A DNA stretch of 32,000 nt from assembly GCF_039383305.1 (NCBI RefSeq), contig NZ_CP135009.1:1-32000 (forward strand), written 5' to 3'. The notes below the pieces were generated by a model that searched no databases, was not told the origin of the DNA, and saw only the letters and a program-made list of their open reading frames with translations. Within the stretch, counting starts at the first letter, position 1. Every line of letters begins with the position of its first letter. Both the position numbers and the translations under genes were made by a program. Origin of the DNA: Candidatus Saccharimonadota bacterium (lineage in GTDB: Bacteria > Pseudomonadota > Gammaproteobacteria > Enterobacterales > Enterobacteriaceae). Positions 1 to 11,626 of the stretch are shown here, in pieces.

Positions 1-1875
1 ATGTTAGAAAAAAAATATGATGTCATCGTAATTGGAGGAGGTCATGCTGGAATTGAAGCGTCTTCGGCAGCTGCTAGAATGAATTGTCGTACTTTATTGC
101 TTACTCAAAATAAAAAAACTATTGGTACTCTTTCTTGTAATCCTTCTGTTGGAGGGATTGGAAAAGGACAATTGGTTAAAGAAATTGATGCATTAGGTGG
201 TTTAATGGCAATTGCAACAGATTTTTCAGGAATACAATTTAAAATTTTAAATGTAAGAAAGGGTCCAGCTGTAAGATCTACACGTGCGCAGGTAGATAGA
301 ACATTATATGCTCAAAAAATTCAAAATCTTTTAAAATCACAAAAAAATTTGACTATTATCGAAGATGAAGTTCAAAAATTAATTATAAAAAATAATAAAA
401 TTATTGGAGTATTAACATTAAATTTAATAACTTATTATAGTGTTTCTGTAGTTTTAACTGCTGGTACATTTTTAGGGGGAAAAATTTATTTTGGTTCGAC
501 TGTTTTGGAAGGAGGACGTTTTAAAGATAAATCTTCTAAAGCTTTGTCTCAAAATTTATGTAATTTACCTTTTCGTATTCGTAGATTAAAAACAGGTACT
601 CCCCCTCGAATAGATAAGAATAGTATTAATTTTTTTTCTTTAGAAAAACAATTTAGTGATAATCCTATACCAGTTTTTTCTTTTTTAGGAAAAATTTCTC
701 AACATCCTGCTCAAGTACCATGTTATATTACTTATACTACAGAAAAAACTCATAATTTAATTTTTAAAAATTTAAAAAAAAGTCCTTTATATTCTGGAAT
801 TATAAAAAGTTTAGGACCTAGATATTGTCCTTCTATTGAAGATAAGATTGTTCGTTTTCCTGATAAAATTCGACATCAAATTTTTTTAGAACCTGAGGGT
901 TTAAATAGTCAAATTTTTTATCCTAATGGTATTTCAACTTGTTTACCATTAAATATACAAAAATTATTAATTAATTCTATTCCAGGGTTAGAAAAGGCAT
1001 TAATTGTGCAACCTGGATATGCTGTTGAATATGATTATTTTGATTCAAGAGATTTAAATTTAACTTTAGAATCAAAATTTATTTCAGGATTTTTTTTAGC
1101 TGGACAAATAAATGGTACTACCGGTTATGAAGAAGCAGCAGCTCAAGGAATTTTAGCTGGTTTAAATGCTGCTTTATATTTTAAAAATAAAGATTTATGG
1201 TTTCCTTTAAGAAGTCAGGGATATTTAGGTGTTTTGATAGATGATTTATGTAATAAAGGGACTTTTGAACCTTATCGTATGTTTACTTCTCGAGCTGAAT
1301 ATCGTTTATCTTTACGTGAGAGTAATGCGGATTTAAGATTGACTGAAATTGGTTATAAATTTGGTTTAATAAATGAAAAAAGATGGAAGAGATTATTACA
1401 AAAAAAATTTCATATTAAAAAAGAAATAATGTATTTAAAAAAAAAAATTATTTCATGTAATTCTTCTCGCGCTAAAATTTTGAATTTTTTTTTACCAAAA
1501 AAATTAACTAGTAATTTTTCTGCTTTTAAATTATTAAAACGTCCAGAAATTTTTTATTCAATGTTAATTGATCATAAATATTTTTTAAATAATCTTAGTG
1601 CTCAGGATTTTGAAGCTATTTTAGAATTAGAAACACAAATAAAATATTCTGGATATATTCGACGTCAAATTTCTGAAATTAAAAAATTTTTTTTTTATGA
1701 AAAAACTTTCTTACCAAGAAATTTAGATTATACAAAAATTTACGGATTATCTAATGAAGTATCTTCTAAATTAAATTATTATAAACCTTTTTCTTTAGGT
1801 CAAGCTTCTCGTATTTCTGGAATTACACCAGCAGCAATTTCTATATTATTAATTTTTTTAAAAAAAAAATTTTAA
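1..1875 (+). CDS. mnmG: tRNA uridine 5-carboxymethylaminomethyl modification enzyme MnmG (GidA)
   Basis: 624-aa ORF. It has the N-terminal FAD-binding motif [14 protein letters not shown] and is colinear with E. coli MnmG ([46 protein letters not shown]). Confidence 0.97.
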   Translation: MLEKKYDVIVIGGGHAGIEASSAAARMNCRTLLLTQNKKTIGTLSCNPSVGGIGKGQLVKEIDALGGLMAIATDFSGIQFKILNVRKGPAVRSTRAQVDRTLYAQKIQNLLKSQKNLTIIEDEVQKLIIKNNKIIGVLTLNLITYYSVSVVLTAGTFLGGKIYFGSTVLEGGRFKDKSSKALSQNLCNLPFRIRRLKTGTPPRIDKNSINFFSLEKQFSDNPIPVFSFLGKISQHPAQVPCYITYTTEKTHNLIFKNLKKSPLYSGIIKSLGPRYCPSIEDKIVRFPDKIRHQIFLEPEGLNSQIFYPNGISTCLPLNIQKLLINSIPGLEKALIVQPGYAVEYDYFDSRDLNLTLESKFISGFFLAGQINGTTGYEEAAAQGILAGLNAALYFKNKDLWFPLRSQGYLGVLIDDLCNKGTFEPYRMFTSRAEYRLSLRESNADLRLTEIGYKFGLINEKRWKRLLQKKFHIKKEIMYLKKKIISCNSSRAKILNFFLPKKLTSNFSAFKLLKRPEIFYSMLIDHKYFLNNLSAQDFEAILELETQIKYSGYIRRQISEIKKFFFYEKTFLPRNLDYTKIYGLSNEVSSKLNYYKPFSLGQASRISGITPAAISILLIFLKKKF

Positions 1876-1930
1876 ATATTTTTTAAAATATTTCTTTTTT
1901 AAAAAATATTTTATGATATAATTTATAAAA

Positions 1931-2770
1931 TTTTTTATGATCCAGATTTTTTATGATCCAGATTTTTTATGATCCAGATTTTTTATGATCCAGATTTTTT
2001 ATGATCCAGATTTTTTATGATCCAGATTTTTTATGATCCAGATTTTTTATGATCCAGATTTTTTATGATCCAGATTTTTTATGATCCAGATTTTTTATGA
2101 TCCAGATTTTTTATGATCCAGATTTTTTATGATCCAGATTTTTTATGATCCAGATTTTTTATGATCCAGATTTTTTATGATCCAGATTTTTTATGATCCA
2201 GATTTTTTATGATCCAGATTTTTTATGATCCAGATTTTTTATGATCCAGATTTTTTATGATCCAGATTTTTTATGATCCAGATTTTTTATGATCCAGATT
2301 TTTTATGATCCAGATTTTTTATGATCCAGATTTTTTATGATCCAGATTTTTTATGATCCAGATTTTTTATGATCCAGATTTTTTATGATCCAGATTTTTT
2401 ATGATCCAGATTTTTTATGATCCAGATTTTTTATGATCCAGATTTTTTATGATCCAGATTTTTTATGATCCAGATTTTTTATGATCCAGATTTTTTATGA
2501 TCCAGATTTTTTATGATCCAGATTTTTTATGATCCAGATTTTTTATGATCCAGATTTTTTATGATCCAGATTTTTTATGATCCAGATTTTTTATGATCCA
2601 GATTTTTTATGATCCAGATTTTTTATGATCCAGATTTTTTATGATCCAGATTTTTTATGATCCAGATTTTTTATGATCCAGATTTTTTATGATCCAGATT
2701 TTTTATGATCCAGATTTTTTATGATCCAGATTTTTTATGATCCAGATTTTTTATGATCCAGATTTTTTAT
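1931..2770. repeat. Perfect tandem array of the 16-mer TTTTTTATGATCCAGA: 52 full copies (1931-2762) plus a half unit TTTTTTAT (2763-2770)
   Basis: Direct reading shows a 16-nt period. The 240-nt print pattern of the 60-nt lines recurs exactly and I found no substitutions or indels. TGA or TAA stops fall in all six frames, and no ORF-track entry lies here. Confidence 0.97.
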
Positions 2771-2771
2771 T

Positions 2772-2780
2772 TGTGTAAAT
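2772..2780 (-). promoter_or_regulatory. Candidate DnaA box (ATTTACACA on the minus strand)
   Basis: The plus strand reads TGTGTAAAT and its reverse complement ATTTACACA matches the relaxed consensus TTWTNCACA at 7 of 8 specified positions, with the CACA core intact. It lies 2 nt after the last repeat half unit. This is a single site judged by eye only. Confidence 0.25.
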
Positions 2781-2792
2781 TATTATAAAAAT

Positions 2793-5213
<2,421 letters not shown>

Positions 5214-5266
5214 TTAAAAAAAATTTTTTAAAAAAATGTTTAATTTATAATAATATTTTTTTTTTT

Positions 5267-6373
5267 TTATAAATGTAAAGGCATAATAATAAAACAAATT
5301 TTAGGTTTTTCTTTTGATTGTATTTGAATACTAGTAATAGGTTTTTTAAATAAAAAATCAATTTCTTGAGTTTGTATAATATTTAATGTATCTAATAAAT
5401 AGAAGACATTTAATGAAAATTCAATATTTTCAGATATTTTTTTTATTTTTAGAATTTCTTTTGATTTTTCATCATTTTGATTGTTTGTTCTAATAATTAA
5501 TTTTTTTTTAAAAAATTGTAATGTAACTCCTTTAAAAATTGTATTGCATAAAACAGAGGCTCGTAATAAAGCTTCTTTTAATGGTTGAGAAAGAATTGAA
5601 ATTCTTAGGATAGGTGGTAATAATAAAATTTCTTTATAATTTGGAAAATCACCTTCTAGTAATTTTGTAGTTAATTTAAGATTTTCTATATAAAAGATAA
5701 TATCATGATGACTAATAATTAATTTAATTTGATTTTTAGTATTTTCTAACAAATGTATTAATTCTATAATACATTTTTTATGTAATATAATAGAAAAATT
5801 AGGTATTTTTTTTTTAAAAATAATTTTATAAATTGCCATTCTATGTCCATCAGTAGCGACACTATAGAGAATATTATTTTTAACTTCAATTAACATTCCA
5901 TTTAAATAATTTCGTACATCTTGATTAGCAATGGCAATTTGTGTCATAGAAATAATGTTTTTAAATTTTTTTTGGGATAAAGAAAATATAATATTTTTTT
6001 GTGTATGATTAAATTTAGGAAAATTTTCAGACGGTAATGTTATCATATGAAAATGAGAATTAAAAATTTTAATTTGAAAAATATTATTATTTATTGAAAA
6101 ATTTAATTGTGTTTTTGGAGGAATATTACGACAAATATTCAATAATTTTTTTCCTGAAATAGTAATTTTTCCAGTTTCTTGAATATTAAATTTTTCTTTT
6201 TTTATAAAAATACATAGTTCTAAATCTAAATTAGAGCAAGTTAAAGTCATTCCTTTTTCAGAAATTTCTAATAGTACATTTTCTAAAATAGGAAAAATAG
6301 GATTTTTTGTTAAAATATTACTTATTTTTTTAAAAGAATTTAAAAATATTTCTTTTTGTATAGTAAATTGCAT
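5267..6373 (-). CDS. dnaN: DNA polymerase III beta sliding clamp
   Basis: 368-aa ORF, matching the E. coli length of 366 aa. The N-terminus MQFTIQKE and the C-terminus IIMPLHL parallel E. coli MKFTVERE and VVMPMRL. It lies directly downstream of dnaA, with only 4 nt between them. Confidence 0.93.
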   Translation of the reverse strand: MQFTIQKEIFLNSFKKISNILTKNPIFPILENVLLEISEKGMTLTCSNLDLELCIFIKKEKFNIQETGKITISGKKLLNICRNIPPKTQLNFSINNNIFQIKIFNSHFHMITLPSENFPKFNHTQKNIIFSLSQKKFKNIISMTQIAIANQDVRNYLNGMLIEVKNNILYSVATDGHRMAIYKIIFKKKIPNFSIILHKKCIIELIHLLENTKNQIKLIISHHDIIFYIENLKLTTKLLEGDFPNYKEILLLPPILRISILSQPLKEALLRASVLCNTIFKGVTLQFFKKKLIIRTNNQNDEKSKEILKIKKISENIEFSLNVFYLLDTLNIIQTQEIDFLFKKPITSIQIQSKEKPKICFIIMPLHL

Positions 6374-6377
6374 AAGA

Positions 6378-7718
6378 TTATAAAGATAGTTTATATAGTA
6401 AATTTTTGAAATTTATTAAAATTTCAGGATTATTTTTTTTTAATTTTTTTATTTTTCGACATGCATGTAAAATTGTTGTATGATCTCGTCCTCCAAAAAA
6501 AATTCCAATTTCTGGTAAACTATATTGTGTTAATTTTTTAGTTAAAGAGATAGCAATTTGTCGCGGATGTGAAATTGATTTTGATCTTTTTTTTGATAAT
6601 AAATCTTTTATAGTAATGTTATAATGTTCTGATACTTTTTTTAAAATTTTTTTTACTGTTATTTTTTTTTTTTGAGATTGAATTTGGTCTTTTAAGGCAA
6701 ATTGAGCTAATTCAATAGTAATTTCTTTTTGAGTAAATTGAGCATGCATTTTAATTTTATTTAGAGCACCTTCTAATTCTCTGATATTAAAATATAAATT
6801 TTTAGCTATGAATTTTGCTACTTTATATGGTAAAAAAATTTTTTTTAAATTAGATTTTTGTATTAAAATTTTAATTCTTGTTTTTAATTCGGGCGGGTGA
6901 ATAGCAACAGTAATACCCCATCCAAAACGAGATTTTAAACGTTCTGCAATACCTGGTAGTTTTTGTGGGTAGCAATCAGAGGTTAAAATAATTTTATGAT
7001 TTCCTTCAAAAAGTGTATTAAAAGTGTGAAATAATTCTTCTTGTGAACGTTTTTTTTTAGAAAAAAATTGAATATCATCAATTAAAAGCGTGTTTACAGA
7101 ACGATAATATTTTTTAAATTCTTCAATAGAATTATTTTTTAATGATTTTACCATATTTTGTACAAATTTTTCTGAATGTATATAAATTACTTTATTAGAA
7201 AATTTTTTAGATAAAATACAATTTCCAATAGCATGTAACAAATGTGTTTTTCCTAATCCTGTATTTCCATAAATGAATAATGGATTATATGTTGTTGTAT
7301 TTAGATTGTTAGCTATTTGTAACGATGAATATTTTGCTAATTGATTAGATTTTCCTTCAATAAAATTGTTAAAATTATATTTTTTATTAATTGTAATTTG
7401 AGAATAATTTTTTTTTTTTTTAAATTTTTGATTATTTATTTCTTCTTTTTTCTTAAGATTTTTTGTATTAGATTCTTTAGGGAGTATTTGTAATACAATA
7501 CAAGGAGGTTTTATTCTATAAAATTTATGTAATAATTGGTTAAAATTTTTAATGTATTTATTTTTGATCCAATTAAGAATAAATTCATTTGGAGTATAAA
7601 GATGTAAAATATTATTATGAATTTTAGCTTTTAATGGTCGTATCCAAATAGTAAATTCTGTAGGTGTTAATTTTTTTTTTAGATGTGATAAACATTTTTT
7701 CCAAATTGAAAGAGACAT
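6378..7718 (-). CDS. dnaA: Chromosomal replication initiator DnaA
   Basis: 446-aa ORF. MSLSIWKKCLSHLKKKLTPTEFTIWIRPLKA matches E. coli [31 protein letters not shown]. Walker A GNTGLGKTHLLHA and the domain IV DNA-contact segment FGGRDHTTILHACRKI are conserved. Confidence 0.98.
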   Translation of the reverse strand: MSLSIWKKCLSHLKKKLTPTEFTIWIRPLKAKIHNNILHLYTPNEFILNWIKNKYIKNFNQLLHKFYRIKPPCIVLQILPKESNTKNLKKKEEINNQKFKKKKNYSQITINKKYNFNNFIEGKSNQLAKYSSLQIANNLNTTTYNPLFIYGNTGLGKTHLLHAIGNCILSKKFSNKVIYIHSEKFVQNMVKSLKNNSIEEFKKYYRSVNTLLIDDIQFFSKKKRSQEELFHTFNTLFEGNHKIILTSDCYPQKLPGIAERLKSRFGWGITVAIHPPELKTRIKILIQKSNLKKIFLPYKVAKFIAKNLYFNIRELEGALNKIKMHAQFTQKEITIELAQFALKDQIQSQKKKITVKKILKKVSEHYNITIKDLLSKKRSKSISHPRQIAISLTKKLTQYSLPEIGIFFGGRDHTTILHACRKIKKLKKNNPEILINFKNLLYKLSL

Positions 7719-7948
7719 AAATTTTCCTAAAATTAGAAAAAAATATATTATTTTTGTATTATATTTTTTTATGATAAATTAATGTTACTTTTTAATTTTT
7801 TTTTAAATATTTATTTTGATTTTAATATTATTTGTAAATTAAAATAATTAATTATAAAATATTTAAAAAATTTATATTTTTTTTAAAAAAAATATTTTTA
7901 TATTTATAATATAAAAATTTTATAATATGTTTTTAAGGAATTTTAAAA

Positions 7949-8083
7949 ATGAAACGTACTTTTCAACCTTCTTGCATTAAACGAAAACGTTCTCATGGTT
8001 TTCGTGTTCGTATGTCTACGAAAAATGGGAGATGTATTATTGCGCGTCGACGTTTTAAATTACGTCGTATTTTAAGTGCATAA
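7949..8083 (+). CDS. rpmH: 50S ribosomal protein L34
   Basis: This gene is not in the ORF track because it is too short. My translation is [44 protein letters not shown] (44 aa), against E. coli [35 protein letters not shown]. An AAGGAA sequence lies 8 nt upstream of the ATG. Confidence 0.95.
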   Translation: MKRTFQPSCIKRKRSHGFRVRMSTKNGRCIIARRRFKLRRILSA

Positions 8084-8108
8084 TTTTAACATAGAAATAA
8101 TTAAAAAT

Positions 8109-8453
8109 ATGAAAAATTTTTCATTTCACAAAAATTTACATTTAAAAAAAACAAAAGATTTTAATTATGTATATCAAAATCATCAAAAAAAGATTACTTC
8201 TGAATTGATAGTATTAGGTCGATTGAATTGTTTTAATTATCCTCGATTAGGAATTTCTATTTCTAAAAAAAAAATAAAATATTCATGGAATAGAAATCGA
8301 ATTAAAAGAGTTATTAAAGAATGTTTTAGATTATTACAATTTTATTTAATTTCTATGGATTTTATAGTTATTGTCAGAAAAAATATTAGTTTTTTAAATA
8401 ATTATGCACTTGCAAATATTATTAAGAAATTGTGGTTTTATAAATCTTTTTAG
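8109..8453 (+). CDS. rnpA: RNase P protein component
   Basis: The ORF-track frame is 8076-8453. MKNFSFHKNLHLKKTKDFNYVYQ aligns with the E. coli RnpA N-terminus [23 protein letters not shown], and RNRIKR and MDFIVIVRK are conserved. A GTG at 8076 overlapping rpmH by 8 nt is an alternative start. Confidence 0.9.
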   Translation: MKNFSFHKNLHLKKTKDFNYVYQNHQKKITSELIVLGRLNCFNYPRLGISISKKKIKYSWNRNRIKRVIKECFRLLQFYLISMDFIVIVRKNISFLNNYALANIIKKLWFYKSF

Positions 8454-8520
8454 AATTTTAATATTTTATGAAGAAATTTTTAATATATTTTAAATTTTTT
8501 AAGTTATGAGAAAATTAATT

Positions 8521-10125
8521 ATGGATTTTCAACGTTATTTTTTTATTTTTATAATATTAATTTTATCTTTTTTTTTATTTAGAGCATGGAATTTAGAAAA
8601 TAATATTTCTAATAATGTTGATATAAATTTAAAAAATAGAAAAAACATAAATTTAAATTTTATTCAAGATTTTAAAAGAAAATATATAAATGTTCGTACA
8701 GATGTTCTTTCTCTTAATTTAAATTTATTAGGTGGAGATGTTGAAGAAGCAGATTTATTATTATATAAAAAAAATTTAAAAGAAAAAAAATCTTTTACTT
8801 TATTAAAAAATAAAAAAAATTTTTTATATAAAATTGTTAGTGGAATTTCTGGTAAAGAGGGAATAGATTTTTTAGATTTTCAAAAACGTCCATTATATTT
8901 AGTAAATTTTGGATTGTATCGTTTTAAAAAAAATGAAAAAATTTTAAAAGTTCCTTTATTTTGGAAATCTTCTACAGGTATTTTATATATAAAAACATTT
9001 ATTTTTAAAAAAGGTCATTATGATTTTGATATTGAATATTCAATTTATAATCCTTTAAATCAAAAATTAAACATAATTTTATTTTCAGAAATACATCAAA
9101 TGAATTTTTTTTCTAAATATTTAAAAAATACTTGGAGAAATTTTTTAAAATTAAAAACTTATTATGGTGCTGCTTATTCTTGTGATCAAAAAAATTATAT
9201 AAAATATAGTTTTGATTCAATTAAGAAAAATAAAAATTTTTCTTTAAGTACTAAACATGGTTGGATTTCTATGTTACAACAATATTTTTCAGTAGCTATT
9301 ATTCCTAGAAATAATATTACTCATTATATTTATTCTTATTTTTTAAAAAATAATATTTCTGTTATTGGGATTTCTTCAGAAAATAAAATTATTTCCCCTC
9401 ATTCTATGAAAAAGTTTATTTTTACATATTGGGTAGGTCCATCTATTTATAAATATTTAAATAAAATAGTACCTTATTTAACATATTTAATTGATTATGG
9501 GTGGTTTTGGTTATTATCGCAAGTATTTTTACAAATATTATTATTTTTTTATAGTTTTTTGCATAGTTGGGGATTATCAATTATTTTCATTACTGTTTGT
9601 GTTCGGAGTATTATGTTTCCTTTAATGAAATTACAATATAGATCTATGAATAAAATTAAAAAAATACAACCGGAAATTTCTAAAATTCAAAAAAAATTTT
9701 TTGGTAACACGATATTAATAAATCAAAAAATATTAGCATTATATCAAAAAGAAAATATTAATCCTTTAAATAGTTTTTTACCTATGTTAATTCAAATGCC
9801 AATTTTTTTAGCATTATATCATATGTTAATGGAAGCAGTAGAATTAAGACATTCTTCTTTTTTATTTTGGATTAAAGATTTATCTAATCAAGATGAATAT
9901 TATATTTTGCCTTTTTTAATGGGTTTAAGTATGTTTTTTATGAATTTAAATACTTCTAAAAATGATTCAAATTTAATATCTTCAAAAATGATATATTTTA
10001 TTCCTATAATGTTTACAATATTTTTTTCATGTTTTCCATCAGGTTTAGTTTTATATTATCTAATTAGTAATTTAGTAACTATTTTACAACAAAAAATTAT
10101 ATTTTTTAAATATTTTAAAAATTAA
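8521..10125 (+). CDS. yidC: Membrane protein insertase YidC
   Basis: The ORF-track frame is 8506-10125. MDFQRYFFIFIILILSFFLFRAW aligns with E. coli [23 protein letters not shown], so the ATG at 8521 is preferred and 8506 is an alternative. The C-terminal insertase core includes PMLIQMPIFLALY and PSGLVLYY. Confidence 0.93.
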   Translation: MDFQRYFFIFIILILSFFLFRAWNLENNISNNVDINLKNRKNINLNFIQDFKRKYINVRTDVLSLNLNLLGGDVEEADLLLYKKNLKEKKSFTLLKNKKNFLYKIVSGISGKEGIDFLDFQKRPLYLVNFGLYRFKKNEKILKVPLFWKSSTGILYIKTFIFKKGHYDFDIEYSIYNPLNQKLNIILFSEIHQMNFFSKYLKNTWRNFLKLKTYYGAAYSCDQKNYIKYSFDSIKKNKNFSLSTKHGWISMLQQYFSVAIIPRNNITHYIYSYFLKNNISVIGISSENKIISPHSMKKFIFTYWVGPSIYKYLNKIVPYLTYLIDYGWFWLLSQVFLQILLFFYSFLHSWGLSIIFITVCVRSIMFPLMKLQYRSMNKIKKIQPEISKIQKKFFGNTILINQKILALYQKENINPLNSFLPMLIQMPIFLALYHMLMEAVELRHSSFLFWIKDLSNQDEYYILPFLMGLSMFFMNLNTSKNDSNLISSKMIYFIPIMFTIFFSCFPSGLVLYYLISNLVTILQQKIIFFKYFKN

Positions 10126-10207
10126 AATGTATTTTTAAAGATTATTTTTAAATAATATTTTTAAAATAGAAATTTAATAGTTTTTTATAATTATAATTGA
10201 GTTAAAG

Positions 10208-11575
10208 ATGAAAAGAAAAAAAACTATTGTAGCAATTGCAACTGCAGTGGGAAAATCAGGTATTGGGATCGTTCGTGTTTCAGGAACTCAAGTGTTATTA
10301 GTAGTTAAAAAAATTTTGAAAGTTCCTTTAAAAGAACGTTATGCGCATTATTTACCTTTTTTAGATTTTAAAAATAATATTATTGATCAAGGTATTGTAT
10401 TATTATTTTTAGCTCCTAATTCTTTTACAGGTGAAGATATTTTAGAATTTCATGGGCATGGTAATTTAATTGTTTTAAATCTTTTAATTAAAAATATTTT
10501 ATTAATACCTCATATTAGATTAGCTAAACCTGGAGAATTTTCTAAAAGAGCTTTTTTAAATAAAAAAATTGATTTGATACAAGCCGAATCTATATGTGAT
10601 GTAATTAATGCAGATTCAGAAGCTGAAATTCATGCTTCTTTACAATCTTTAAATGGTTATTTTTCAAAATGTCTTCATAAAATTATTAAAAAATTAAATA
10701 AATTATCTGTAAATTTAGAAATTTCTGTAAATTTTCCTGAAGAAATTGCAGAAAAAAAATTTTTTTTTAAAAAAATTGAGAATCAATTAATCAAAATTAT
10801 TTGTTTATTTCATAAAATTCACACTACAGCTTCACAAGGATGTTTAATACATGAAGGAATTAAAGTTATTTTAACAGGTCCACCAAATGTAGGTAAATCT
10901 AGTTTATTTAATCGATTGTTGCAGAGAAAAGTATCAATAGTGACTAAAATTTCAGGTACTACTCGTGATATTTTAAGAGAAAAAATTTGTTTAAATACTT
11001 TGAATATTGAACTTTTAGATACTGCGGGAATACATGACAATCCTGAAAAAATTGAAAAAATTGGGATTAAATTTGCATTAAAAGAAATAGAATTATGTCA
11101 TTATATTTTTTTAGTTTTAGATAGTCAAAATAATGAAAATTTTAATTTACGATATATTTTAAAAGGAATTCAACGTTTAAAATCTTTTCAGAAATTAATA
11201 ATTATTTTTAATAAAATTGATTTATTATCTGATAAAATTTCATTAAAAAATTATCCAACTGGATATACATATTTTTTTATTTCTGTTAAAAAAAATTTCG
11301 GAATTTCTAAAATTTTTAATTATTTAGAAAATATTTCTAATACTCGAGATGAAATGAAAAGTATTTTTTTATCTAGACAAAGACATATAAAATTATTAAA
11401 AAATGCATTATTTTTTTTAGAAAAAGGAAAAAAAGATTGGTTAAATTTTTTTTCTATTGAATGTTTATTAGATAATATTCGATTAGCTAAAAATTCTATT
11501 TTTCAAATTACTGGTAAATTTTCACATGAAGAATTATTAAAAAAAATTTTTTCAAAATTTTGTATAGGTAAATAA
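10208..11575 (+). CDS. mnmE: tRNA modification GTPase MnmE (TrmE/ThdF)
   Basis: 455-aa ORF with TIVAIATAVGKSGIGIVRVSG at the N-terminus, G-domain motifs GPPNVGKSSLFN and DTAG, and the diagnostic C-terminal CIGK. Confidence 0.96.
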   Translation: MKRKKTIVAIATAVGKSGIGIVRVSGTQVLLVVKKILKVPLKERYAHYLPFLDFKNNIIDQGIVLLFLAPNSFTGEDILEFHGHGNLIVLNLLIKNILLIPHIRLAKPGEFSKRAFLNKKIDLIQAESICDVINADSEAEIHASLQSLNGYFSKCLHKIIKKLNKLSVNLEISVNFPEEIAEKKFFFKKIENQLIKIICLFHKIHTTASQGCLIHEGIKVILTGPPNVGKSSLFNRLLQRKVSIVTKISGTTRDILREKICLNTLNIELLDTAGIHDNPEKIEKIGIKFALKEIELCHYIFLVLDSQNNENFNLRYILKGIQRLKSFQKLIIIFNKIDLLSDKISLKNYPTGYTYFFISVKKNFGISKIFNYLENISNTRDEMKSIFLSRQRHIKLLKNALFFLEKGKKDWLNFFSIECLLDNIRLAKNSIFQITGKFSHEELLKKIFSKFCIGK

Positions 11576-11626
11576 AATATTCTTTAAAATTTTTAAAATT
11601 TTTTTAAAAAAATTTTAAAATAAAAA

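Noticed and set aside
1874-1930. AT-only palindromes (for example AAATATTTT/AAAATATTT after mnmG and similar ones after mnmE and rsmD) as terminators.
   Set aside because: In spacers that are almost pure A+T, such palindromes arise by chance and would form very weak stems. Only hairpins containing G-C pairs were reported as terminator candidates.
1937-2762. A chain of overlapping 11-codon mini-ORFs (ATG ATC CAG ATT TTT TAT GAT CCA GAT TTT TTA TGA = MIQIFYDPDFL) starts every 32 nt through the array. Each stop overlaps the next start as ATGA.
   Set aside because: This is an arithmetical consequence of a 16-nt unit that contains ATGA. No Shine-Dalgarno sequence precedes any ATG and the peptide has no recognisable features. 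All frames are otherwise closed, so I treat the array as non-coding.
1931-2770. CRISPR array interpretation of the tandem repeat.
   Set aside because: The units are directly contiguous with no spacers, and 16 bp is shorter than CRISPR repeats. No cas genes or leader sequence are present in the window.
1876-2792. Mobile element or foreign insertion between mnmG and gyrB.
   Set aside because: There is no transposase or integrase ORF, no terminal inverted repeats, and no target-site duplication. The left flank carries a degenerate copy of the unit, which favours local amplification.
7765-7775. TTTTTTATGAT, the first 11 nt of the repeat unit, also occurs in the dnaA-rpmH divergent promoter spacer.
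   Set aside because: It is an 11-mer with a single G in spacers that are almost pure A+T, so a chance match on one of two strands across several kb of spacer is plausible. The distinctive CCAGA half of the unit is absent.
7719-7948. The dnaA-rpmH spacer as an origin or DnaA-box cluster.
   Set aside because: The spacer contains no CAC or GTG triplet at all, so no DnaA-box core is possible. It is simply an AT-only divergent promoter region.
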